A DNA stretch of 64,000 nucleotides, from the NCBI GenBank assembly GCA_904063045.1, contig CAJFCJ010000017.1:744001-808000 (forward strand). Reading direction: 5' to 3'. Below are positions 24,910 to 40,214 of the stretch, one piece after another. Position 1 is the stretch's first letter. Each line of letters starts with the position of its first letter. The DNA comes from Dimorphilus gyrociliatus. Lineage: Eukaryota > Animalia > Annelida. A program made the translations under genes and the position numbers. The notes under the pieces are model-generated. The model was not told the DNA's origin and searched no databases. It saw only the letters and a list, made by a program, of their open reading frames with translations.

Positions 24910-26690
24910 ATGGCAGAGGCAATAGCTCCTCCAGCATCGAAACCTTCTGATAGTCAAATATCAGAAAGGTTTGATATCATTTTTACGAAAGCTTTAAAAT
25001 TTGTAAGTGAAGCTCTACTTAAAGATGAAGAAGGTATTATTCAAGAAGCTATTGATCTTTACAAAACAAGCTTAATCTTTATTGAAGAAGCATTAGGAAT
25101 TAGTAGAGGGTCAACAGAGGGAAAAAAGAAAAAACTAGAATCTGCAAAGAAGAATGTAGTTGATAGATTAAAAATTTTAAAAAATCAGCAACCGCAATCG
25201 AAATCAAACAATTTACAAAATCAAGAGAATGAACTATTAGAAATTATGGAAATTGATGGTATTGAAACAGCTACAAGTGATGAAAATTGCAATGCCACTG
25301 AATTATTAGCTATCTCTGAGGCTCAGATATTTTATATTTCTGCCGATGGTCTTGTTTCGGCTCCTTCGTATCCATCCAAGTTAGGAATATACAAATTTCG
25401 AAATGAAGCAGATAGAATTAGAACTGGAGCTCCTGCTTTTCTTAAGGTTGGATCATGGACATATCCATTAGTACCAAATCAATCTCCATCTTTACAATCA
25501 ATTTGGGGAGCTTATATGTTTCCAGATTTGGAAAAAGGGGTTGATCATGCTATAGGTGTTATCTTACCAGACAACACCACGCTAACTGATAGACAAACCT
25601 TTGAGAATTTGATTAAAGAGTATTCTATGCTAAGTATTGAAGAGGGTGAAGAAGCCGTTGAAGAATCTGAAGATAAGTATCAAAGATTAGAACACAAAAG
25701 GGGTAGTGAAAAAGTTGCTGAAGGAATAGAGAGAAGTAAATATATATCTTTATTAGAATCTAAATAGCCTACATTTGTTATTAATTACAGCCGCCGAATA
25801 TATTGCGAAAGGTGTTGATTTTGGGGTTCATAAAATAAGTGGATGGCTACTCAAGGGTAAGGTGTCATAGTGTTTTAATAACTTAAAAAACGAGAGAAAT
25901 AAATACCAATTAAACATTCTAGGAGGTTCAGCAGTCAGAGATAGGATGGCACCTACTGAAAAAGATGTCCAAGTACGTCCAGATGTTCAAAAGGGTCTAA
26001 AAACTATTCGCACTTGTAGTAAAGCTGCAGTTTCAGTCTCCTCAACTATTGGTAAACCACTTCATTTAATCAGAAAATTGAATAGCAATTCCATGTCTAT
26101 TTAGTTAGCTGCGTAGGATCTGCAACGAAACATTTAGCAGTATACGCTGCTCCTCACCTTCGAAAAGGGGCTGAGAAAGTGTTACCCAAGAGTTGGACTA
26201 CCCCAAAGGAGAATCAAGAGTGCTCAAAATTAGACGATGCATTATTAATTGGAGCTCACGGGGTTCAAGGAGCTGTTACAGTATACTTAAGTCTAGAACA
26301 TGCGGCGTTTACATTAGCAAGAGGGTTAGCCGATGAATCAGTGAAAACAGTTAAACACAAGTAATGTTAATAGTTGATATTAAATGCTGTTTTTTTCTAT
26401 CATCCTTTTATCATTAGATACGGAGAACAGTCTGGAGCGGCAACTGAAGACGCTTTATATAGCGCAGTCAATATAGGCATGACAGTTAACAATGCAAAAA
26501 AGTAAGGCTATAATTAAAAGATCTTTAAAATAATTATTAATCCTATCTTCTTTCCCTGTTTTCTCTTAGTCTTGGAGTTAAGGCAGTAGCAAAGCGAATA
26601 GCAAAAGACACTGGAAAGGAAGTTGCTAAAGACCTTATTAAGACTCGTACGGAAATGGATAAACCTGGTAGTTCGAAAGATGCTTTGTAA
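24910..26690 (+). CDS. SPART: Spartin paralogue B (MIT domain plus senescence domain), full length
   Basis: MIT-like helices (KALKFVSEALLKDEEG..AIDLYKTSLIFIEEAL), QIFYISADGLVSAPSYPS, SLEHAAFTLARGLADESVKTVKHKYGE and final exon LGVKAVAKRIAKDT. Stop at 26688-26690. Confidence 0.93.
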
Positions 26691-26853
26691 TCTCTGTCCT
26701 TTTTGAAAAACACACTGCAGTTTGAAATATACTTAATGAGATTTTTTGTTATTTAAATTCAATTTCTTATTATTTATAAATACAAGAAAAGTATTGAAAA
26801 AAAAATAAAAAACCTTCTAATAAAGACATTTTGATATAAAAAAAAGAAGATTA

Positions 26854-27714
26854 ATGTTGTCGAAAGTAGGTAAACAACGTAGAACGAGGGGTAATGTTGA
26901 TACCACGGATATTCTGATGGGTGACATCACTGGGAAGAGTAAGTACTTATCTTTTTCTTCATCTTATACTTTTATCTGGAAATTTCATTTAGAATTCGAA
27001 GATAGGGCTTTCGATGAATTTGATAACGATAATGAATTCCATAAAATTCAAGATATTCCTTCAATTTCTCCAAAAGATCAACAAGATTTAATAGAGTTAC
27101 GTGGTGTATTTTCCAGAGAAATTGAAACTTTACGTGATGAATTTAAAGAAACTACTATAAAGTTAAGAGAAGTTGAAAATCATTTAGGCATTACTAAAGA
27201 TGAAGTTATACAACGGCGTCAAGAGGTTCTACAAACTCAAATGGACTTGGAGCAGATAACTCAACATTTAGATATGTTAAAGCAAGAATCAGAAGTCCTA
27301 AAAATTTGGCATGTCGATTCTCAAGCTGAAAACGAGGTAATATAGAAATATATACAGTACGGTATTTATACGAAATGTAATATTTTCGCCTTTCCTTTTT
27401 AAAAGGGTTTACGTATTATGAAAGAAATATCAACTGCATGGAAAGAGGGTCTTGAAGGGCGAAATCAATTACTAAATTTTGATGAAATTCTCAAAGGTAT
27501 ATTACCAGAAGATAAAACTGTTCAAGATTTATTAAATGAACGGCGTCCCGACTTATGGAGTATATTTAATCCATTGATTGATCCGGAAAAGCAAAAACTT
27601 AAACATGCAAACAAAAGTAAAATTCAAGCAAAATCCGCCTTTAAAGCTCATTCATTGACAAGATTTTCTCATAGAATAAATAGAACTTCGTCTAAAATTG
27701 TATTTCATTCTTAA
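26854..27714 (+). CDS. Uncharacterised coiled-coil protein
   Basis: Three exons joined by GT-AG introns (donors near 26939 and 27337). Heptad-rich segment IETLRDEFKETTIKLREVENHL..LQTQMDLEQITQHLDMLKQE. No family recognised; the start codon is uncertain. Confidence 0.7.
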
Positions 27715-27789
27715 AATATAATCAAAATAAACAAATTCAATCAAGAAGAATTGTATATCTGAAAGCAGATATTAGTGATTTGTAAGAAT

Positions 27790-29828
27790 CTATAAGAGTT
27801 TCCTCTTTGTAAGCATATATAGTGAGGCTATACCGCCAGCTATTAAACCAAAATATAGTAATTTTGTTGTAAAACATGACTTATTCTTAGCTCTTAATCT
27901 TGTTTGTAAACAAGAAACTTTCTCCATTTCTGCTGTTGATACAGTTCCCGGGAATAGCAACTCCGATACCTAGTTTTGACAAAAAAATAACAATATTATT
28001 ATGTAAATCATATGCAAATTGAGTATATAAATTTATTAAGAACCTCAAGTGCTGCTCTTTCACCAGCTTGAACGGCACCGCTTATATAGCCGCAGCAAAC
28101 GTTAGCAGATTCAGTACCGGCAAAATGAACACTAAAAATACACACATCTTGTTTAGATAACTAGCTAATGTGCACTCAGATAAGTATACCTTCCGTGTTT
28201 ATCCCTTAAGCTACCGTTTAGCAAAGACATTAGACCTGTACTACAAACAGCTACAGGGCATCCGCCGTTGTAACGTTCCTCAGTCCAATTCTTTTCAGCG
28301 TACGAAACATAGTCTAATGCCTCATTTCCGAAGCATTCAGCAAGATGAGAAGTTACCGCTATCTTTGTCTCTTCAAGCGTTTTAGCAGAATATTCAAAAT
28401 GTTGAGAACCGCCTATAAAACCAACTAAAGCCGCATCATTTTCTAGTGTAGTTGCATCAAAAACAATACAATTTGGACCTCTACTGCAATTGGGAATTAT
28501 TGACTGTCCACCAGTGGTTAATATTTCGCCGGAAAAGCCATTATCTCTCCAAAATGGTTTCTTGTATGTTATTATAAACTTGGTAAGATGTCCCAAAGGT
28601 AACTTTTGAAGGACATGCATCCTTCCAGAGTTAAGACTTGGTGTAAATTGAATTTGGGCTACAAATAGTGAATGTTATTTTTTTGTTAAGAGTTACTCAT
28701 TAATTATTTGTTACCGATAGTTTGTGGAGGAATTGCCAAAATAACGTATTTGCATTCAAAAGTTTCTCCATTCAAGCAAGTGACAGTAGTGATATCGTTT
28801 TCTTGTTTAATAGAAACAACAGGACAATTAAGGCGAATATTATCTTTGCCTATATATTCGGCTAATTTATCCGCAATTTGATAAGCTCCTCCAACAATTC
28901 TAAGTCTTTGGGCATGATCTTTAACATCACCAATTAGCCTATCAAATCCATTTGAAGTAGCCGAAAAGTATACAAAATATAGAAATGATATATGATTTAT
29001 ATCCGCTCCAAATAAAGTTGCAAAAGCTGCATTTAAAGTTTCCTTCATAACTGAAAAGATAAAGGGATGAATGATATATTTTTCATTGAAATCTTAATAA
29101 TTCCTATACGTTTTGGGAAAAAGCTCATTTGGTCCAATGCTTCTGCAACAGTTATATTATCCCATTTTTCAGCATTGGGAAAGGAATAGGGATCGTCCAA
29201 GGGGAAATTTTTTGTCATTTTATTAATCTATTAATTAATTAATTGTTATAATATACTGTACATATTTCATTGATTCTGGATATTATACTTTGTGTAGAAG
29301 ATAAGCAAAGTCCAAGAGAGCATACCAGGGCATAGATGGAATATTTGTTGAGTAATACCTTATTAAATTATCGCTTAATTGCAAAATCTTCTTTCCTTTC
29401 ATATATTGAGGATATGTATCTAATTCTAATTCTTCCAGTAGTTTCATTACATTTGTTTGATAGCTTAGATGGAATGTTATACTATTAACGAAAGCAACGA
29501 AAGAAAGTAGAATATTTACTCTCCAACCCATTGACCTCCAAGATCCCATTTCTTAGTTTTTCCATTACCGCAATCGATATATTCTCCATAAGTTCTTCCG
29601 CCAATTCTCTCTGCAGAAAAGATGAAAAAATAATGTTATAACACTGTATTTTAGATATTAAATAAAAATTATCAGATTATTTTGTTCACCTTTTGCTTCC
29701 AAAACAATTAAAGATGTTTGTTTATTTCGTTTAAGCAGCGTTCTAGCAGCTGTCAAACCTGAGACACCCGCACCAATTACAACAACATCAAACTTTTGAT
29801 GATCGTCTTCATTAAATGATGCATCCAT
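27790..29828 (-). CDS. Flavin-containing monoamine-oxidase-like protein with C-terminal membrane anchor
   Basis: FAD-binding [48 protein letters not shown] and [20 protein letters not shown]; hydrophobic C-terminal helix [17 protein letters not shown]. Stop at 27790-27792. Confidence 0.92.
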
Positions 29829-30328
29829 CTCTTTATTATATCCTCAATGTATAAACACACAATGTATATCAAGAAATGATACGGTGCAACATACTGTACT
29901 AGCTTACATGTTAAAAATTATCAGTAAAGTTAATGTGACCTTAAGATAAATCGCATTTTGTGTTAGCCTATACACTAAACCTTAAAAATGTGGGACTGGC
30001 TGAAGTATGTGTGGAAGGAACTAAGAAAATGCAAAAAAATATTTTCAACTTTCAGTATATGTGACTGGTACCAGTTCGAATACATATCGATTTTCCTTCA
30101 TACGTCTATAATGATCTTATCAAACTATAAATTTTCACAAATAGTTAGTAGATTAGTTAAGTAATTAATTATCTATTACGCAAAAATACATATTATTTGC
30201 CTAATTAGTTATATTTGCTGTTATATCATTCCCATAAAAAATGTATTAAAGAAAAGTTGATTTTTGAATGTTCCCTATCATTCAAAATATAAAATATTAA
30301 AATTAATAGAAGTTTTATTGATTCAATT

Positions 30329-31109
30329 TTAATCAACAGTAAAAATTCTCTCAGAAATATCAGTTATCAACCAATCAATTCCTTCCAAGAGTTTTTCTCC
30401 CGTAACTGCACTACACGCTTCAATTTTCCATTTATGAGACGTTATTTTCTCTAATTGTAATTCTTTTTTAATTTCTTCTCCACTCATAGCTCCAGGTAGA
30501 TCTTGTTTATTAGCGAAAACTAGTAAAGTTGCACCCGCTAGTCTCTGTTTACGGTTTTTATAAATTTAAATAGAGTAACAATTAGCTTTCAATACAAATT
30601 TAAAATTACTATCTTACCTCTTCAACAAGTAGATCATCCAACTCTTTTTTACAGTCCTTCATTCTTCTCCTATCTGCACTGTCAACAACCCAAATTAAAC
30701 CGTCCGTGCTTTCAAAATAGTTTCTCCAATAAGATCTTAAAGATTTCTGTCCACCAACGTCCCAAATATTCATTTTAAATCTAAATAAAAGGTAAACAAA
30801 TTAAACTTGAATCTTATTTAATGCAACTGTTCAAGAAGTAAATAACCTACCCTTTATGTTCTAAAGTTTTAATATTAAAGCCTAAAGTTGGTGATATGGT
30901 ATCAATATCTTCTCCGTTGAACTTTTTAAGGATAGTGGTTTTACCGGCATTGTCTAATCCGCTATTTTCCAAGAAGTAGACAATAAATTACATAATAAAA
31001 TTAACAAATTATAAAATAATCTAAAAAATAGAATATGTATTTACAGAATTAGTATTCTGACTTCTTTCTCCTTTTCACGAATTTTCTTAAGAATTGATAA
31101 CAAACCCAT
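30329..31109 (-). CDS. ARL2: ADP-ribosylation factor-like GTPase 2
   Basis: [72 protein letters not shown]; five exons. Confidence 0.97.
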
Positions 31110-31597
31110 TTTAGCCGAATTTATTAAAACTTCCTTTTGTTCTTTTCAATTTCTGGTTGATAAGAAGAATAATAATAATTTATTGATTTCACAAAGAAAA
31201 TGAAGAATGTTTTGAGGAATCAAAAAAAAAAACTTAAAATATTAAAACTGTTGAGATTGAACAGTTTCGAGTCGTTTTAATGTTATTTGTTCAAGAAATA
31301 TAGTTATTCTATGTCTTATTCAAAATTTTATATGTTAATTTGAATTCTGATATAGAAGATAGTAGAGATTTCAAGATATTTTTAATGAAATGCACAAAAT
31401 ACTTCATCAGTTATTCGATGGACTACCATTAGGATTTTTTTCCTACCAAATCAACAGCAATTATTATTACATAGGGACATTAATTGAAAGGTTACAAACT
31501 ATTTTTTAAGGGATTTTTAATAGAATATCATCAACTACTTACAATATATTACTAATAGTTCCGGTAGCTTGCGAAATTGACCGCAGAATTTGTTATG

Positions 31598-31608
31598 TAG
31601 AGGTCGCT
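31598..31608 (+). promoter_or_regulatory. CTCF-core-like motif TAGAGGTCGCT in the ARL2/OXSR1 bidirectional promoter
   Basis: About 60 bp upstream of ATG 31666. Confidence 0.5.
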
Positions 31609-31665
31609 TTCAATACTAATGGATAGCATAAAGTGTGAATTTTGAATTATATTCGATAAAGAAAA

Positions 31666-33762
31666 ATGGCGACAGCTACGAAAGCCGATGTCAAGAAATG
31701 GCCTAACAACAAGGAGGAATATGAATTACATCATGTTATAGGTAGAGAGCTATCTTTTAAAATAATAATTAACTCTATGACATTGGTTTTGTAACACAAC
31801 AGTGTTTTGTTTAAGAGAAAAATAAATATTATTCTTTTCTCCGGGATATAATTATCTTTCATATATTTAAGGTTTATTTTTATAACCAAGTCTCTAAATG
31901 TAGCTTTTGTTAAATAAAAGTCTAACAATAATTTCAAAGCGATCGGTAAAATTGCTTATCTGTGTAGGAGCGGGAGCAACGGCCATAGTTCAATCCGCCT
32001 ACTGTATACCCTTAAAGGAGAGATGCGCTATAAAGCGAATAAACCTAGAAAAATGCAACACCACTCCAGAGGAATTAGGGAAAGAAATACATGCTATGAG
32101 TCAATGTAATCAAGAGAATGTCGTTAGTTATTATACTTCGTTTGTTGTTAAGGATGAGTTATGGATGGTAATGCAATTATGCGGTGGTGGTAGCCTCTTG
32201 GATATTATAAAATTTAGAATCAAACAAGGCGAAAAATATAGGCATGGAGTTATTGATGAAATTACTTTAGCTACTGTTATGAAAGAAGTACTCAAAGGTC
32301 TTGATTATCTCCATTCAACAAATCAACTGCATAGAGATATTAAGGCAGGCAATATCCTATTATCAGAGGATGGTTCCGTTTTAATAGGAGATTTCGGTGT
32401 TAGTGCCTGGCTAGCAGATTCCTCAACAAATTCTAGGGGAGAGAAAGTAAGACATACATTTGTTGGAACTCCCTGCTGGATGGCACCTGAAGTTATGGAA
32501 CAAGTTGCTGGATATACATACAAAGCCGATATCTGGAGTTTTGGAATTACAGCCATTGAATTAGCCACTGGAACTGCACCCTATCATAAATTTCCACCAA
32601 TGAAAGTTCTCATGCTGACTTTGCAAAATGATCCCCCTGGCCTTGATACTGGAGTAACTGATAAGGAACAGTATAAAGCATACAGTAAAGTTAGTACGAC
32701 CTTTATAACAATTGAAAAAAATTCAACTATTACAATTTACACAATGATCTTGAAAAAAGTTATGAGTGCTATTATTTCAGATGTTTCGCAAAATGATAAG
32801 TGATTGTCTCAGAAAAGATCCAAGTAATAGGCCTACTGCCCATCAACTCTTGAAACACGAGTTTTTCAAAAAAGCAAAGGTGCACTTAGATTTTTTTTTA
32901 TTAAGTGTTCAAGAGCTTTTAGCTTGAACAAATTTTTTTTAATTGTTATAATATTTTTTACTTATCAGGATAGGGATCATATTCGAAAATATCTCCTGAG
33001 TGATTTATCCCACGTTCAACAAGCAAAGGTTAATATATTTTTCATTAGCTAAACTTGCAATAAAGTAATAATAATATTTCAGCCAAAACGTGTACCAGGG
33101 TCTAGTGGCCGCTTGCATAAGACTGAAGGTGGTACTTGGGAATTTTCTGATGATGAAATGGATAAAAATTCTGAAGAAGGAAAATTAGCATGCAACGACG
33201 AATCAAGAGTGAGAAAACCATTTGAAACATATATAAGTACTTTTTAAATGTTAGATCAAAATAATGCAGACTCCACGTGTGAAAGAAGCTTCCCCAGTCG
33301 AGGAGGAGGAAACAGCAGCTCCAGTACCAGAAGCAGCTCCAGCTGTTGGTTCAACGCCCCTTAACTTTGTTTTGAGACTGAGAAATACTAAAGGAGAATT
33401 AAATGATATAAAATTTGAGTTCACCAGAGGACAAGGTAAATGATCTACTTTCCAAACTTCCAACAATTTAATGGAATGAAAATGAAATTGTTTAACAGAT
33501 ACTGCAGATAGTATATCTCGGGAATTAGTGGAGGCAGATTTAGTTGATGGAAAAGACATGATAGTAGTTGCAGCAAATCTCCAAAAGCTATTGGACAGTG
33601 ATGAGAATACTAAAAATGTTACTTTTGCCCTGGTTAGAAACAATTTGTTAAGAGATTTCAAATTAAACATGTTTTTGTTTACAGAATTCTACCGGAAATG
33701 TAAATGAGAAGCAAGACGAAAAGGCACTGCACGGCTTTGCCCAATTATCGCTTTTAGACTGA
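31666..33762 (+). CDS. OXSR1: STE20-family kinase OXSR1/STK39 (OSR1/SPAK/Fray orthologue)
   Basis: Starts [21 protein letters not shown]. Kinase motifs [11 protein letters not shown] and [14 protein letters not shown]; S-motif [15 protein letters not shown]; CCT domain [26 protein letters not shown]. Confidence 0.95.
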
Positions 33763-33972
33763 ATAGTTTTTTGATACACCTCTCTAACTTAAGTAGATGA
33801 TTTATAAGAAGAAACCAAAATGATTTTTTAATTTTCTTCAAGTCTTGACTACTCGTTATTCAGTAAACTATAAGAAGCTCTTATCGACATAGCATTTTGT
33901 TTACTTTCCGGCTTGTTGATTTTTTATTGACATTAGAAAAAGTAAATAACTAAAATAAAACGTTTCTCATTC

Positions 33973-35816
33973 TCACAATAAACCTTGACGTTTCAAGTCA
34001 TCAAACGTTTTCTTATTTACAACATTTCCGGCAGAATCTTCGTATTCTTCTTCAGTTTCCGGCTTCCAACGCTCAACGTCTTTTGTTACTTTTAACTTTT
34101 GCCATAAAGCAATTGCATCTTCAATATGTGTAACGTTTGCAAAATGAGCTGTATTTGGTATACCAAGACATCTCATGCCGTGTGCGTGTCTCCACTCAGA
34201 AAAATGCCTTTGAAAAGCTTTCGGTCCTTTGTAAGTATAATTGCCACAGATTTCGCAGCTATAGCTAAGGTTGAGGCCGTGTAACTTGTAAAGCCAATAG
34301 GGTATTGGTTTTCCATCCCAACCCAAGGGTAAATTTTTTGGATTGTATGGAATATCATCATCATTGTCATCATCGCTTTCAATGTTAGGTTCTTCCTCGT
34401 CGTCGCTTTCATCTCTTTCATCAGCTCCTCTAGCTTGTTTTCTTTGAACATTGTCTCTGGTGGCTGCTCTCTGCTCTGATAATAATTCTGAGAAACGATA
34501 AACTTGAGCTTCTAGGAGTGCAATTTCCCTATGACGTTCCCTGAGTGCCTCATTTTCTTTTTTCTCTTGTTCTTTTGTCTTCGTTCGAGCAAACAAGCTC
34601 GGATCAAGTTCATCAAGACTTTTTCCTTTCGTTGCAAATAATCTTTTTGCTCTCTCCTCCAGTGTACCTCCACATTTCAAACCAAGAGCCATAAGAGCTG
34701 ACTTCAATCTGTCAAGACCCAAGGAGGCAAGTTCGTCTGGAGTGCTAAACGCTGAAAGATCCAAATGAGCGCCAGTATGAGTCAAGGCTCCAGCAGTTTC
34801 TTTCTATATTATAAAAATTAGATATCACTCTTTTGTACATATATATAATATAAACTAAAAATCAAAACATACAGGCCATCCTGGAAAGGTTCCATCCATC
34901 CATTTTATTTTGAATTCATTTATAATAATATCCATCTCTTGATTGATATCAAATAAAGGCTGGACTCTAAGCAAAAAGTCATTGAGATAATCCAACAGAG
35001 ATTTTAGATAATCTCTATAAGCATTATTTTTTCTCTCTTTTGATATTTCAAAGAGTCGGTCAAATGAAGTGAGATAACTTATATAATCAGCTTTCTATTT
35101 GTACAAAAATAGTATCTTTGTATTAAAGATTCAAATATATTTGAACCTAACATTGAAAGCTTACCTCAACTCCTTTCAAATTAATAAACATTTGATACAT
35201 GTGATGCAAATCCAAGTATTTACCATAACCTTCTTCATCAGAAAATTCAACTAATGGAACTGTATCCATTTCAGGATTTTCTCTAAGTCTATCCAATTCT
35301 TCGAATTCAGCTGCCATGGGGACGCTTACTTGCTGTTTTCATTTAAATTTGATTGAAATAAATCCACTGAATTTATATATTTAATAAAATTTACTTACTT
35401 CATTTGGATGTTTTCTATGGAACTCTTTTATGGATTTCAGACGCATGTAAAATTCTCCAAATTCATTAGGACCTGAAAGAGCAGCAATTTCTTGCTTAAC
35501 TGCTCCATCCTTGTCATCGTAGAGCTCCTTTAATTCTGATGTGGCATCAGTATACCTCTAAGGAAGTTATTGGGAGATTAATTAGACAATCTATGGGTTA
35601 ATATTTAAATATACTTACATCGAGTAACAACTTCAATCGATGGTCTGAATTTATTCTTTCTCTATGCTGAAATGATAGTTTTTAATAGATTTCAATAAGA
35701 TTTTTATGAAGGGTACTAACCATTTTCTTTTCGTACAACATCTCCTTTGCCATAGTATCCATCAATCTTTCTCGCTCTTCATGAAATCTCCGTTGTTGTT
35801 CCAAAAGAGTTTCCAT
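33973..35816 (-). CDS. SF3A3: Splicing factor 3A subunit 3 (PRP9)
   Basis: [18 protein letters not shown] at 35816; [25 protein letters not shown]; [26 protein letters not shown]; matrin-type zinc finger CEICGN..HFSEWRH. Confidence 0.97.
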
Positions 35817-35932
35817 CCTGTCTGGATCGCTTGAGGGAGAATTAAAATCCAAAAACGTATATGAAGAATGTCAACAAATTATCGTTTATACTACGATTCC
35901 ACACTCGAAATACCCGGCTATTCTCATCCACT

Positions 35933-35965
35933 ACGCATGCGCTTAGGTGCGAATAGTCATGCGCA
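35933..35965. promoter_or_regulatory. NRF1/Ewg-like GCGCATGCGC motifs in the SF3A3 promoter
   Basis: acgcatgcgc at 35933-35942 and catgcgca at 35958-35965, 120-150 bp upstream of the ATG. A similar tgcgcatgctca occurs at 57527-57538. Confidence 0.5.
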
Positions 35966-36448
35966 AAAAAAGGATACTATAGAGCAATCGGAATAGTATT
36001 TGTCATGGAAGCCCGCAGATTTTTTTAAATGTGGATTAATGAACGTGTTTTCGAACAGTCCCATCTGTTACATGTCTATATTTAAAACTATGTTGGGCAT
36101 TTAAGATTAAAAAAAAGAATATTGATTGCATTGTTAACCTTTTTTTATCGACTTGACCGTTTAATAACGGTAAAATAATATATAAAATACGAGCCGTTTA
36201 TCAGTTTTTAGACACGTCAGGGTTGTATTCAGAAAGTAATTGCAGATTATACATATTTCACTAACAGATGGACTATCTGTAATGCTATATTAAATAGGGT
36301 TTTAATATTTCTATTTTATAGGGTAACACAGCTATATACGGAAATAGACTTGATTATTTTTTGCAGAGAGTTACATAAACATTATATTCTCTCTTCTTCT
36401 ATCTTCATTTCAAACCCAAATATATCCAAATATGTAGTGAATAACATT

Positions 36449-40012
<3,564 letters not shown>

Positions 40013-40214
40013 ATCTGTAGAGTTGCTGTCTATTCGAATTCCGTCCTTGAGCAGAGTTCACATTGACCTTAACATGATCTTATTGGGCGTCAAGACATTT
40101 TCGTAGTTTCGGAAATGTAGCACAAGCGTTCGAAAAAGAAAACTTGTTCGAACAAAACAATTCGAATTTGAATTGATAAATCATTGAATTCTGAGTTAGA
40201 CATAAACTATAATT

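Noticed and set aside
21037-26854. Operon or spliced-leader trans-splicing for co-oriented, closely spaced genes
   Set aside because: The acceptors upstream of the ATGs have cis donors nearby (for example 24839 to 24895), and promoter-like motifs occur between the genes; there is no positive evidence for outrons.
30060-30090. tRNA T-loop-like GTTCGAAT
   Set aside because: No cloverleaf stems or A box in the flanking sequence.
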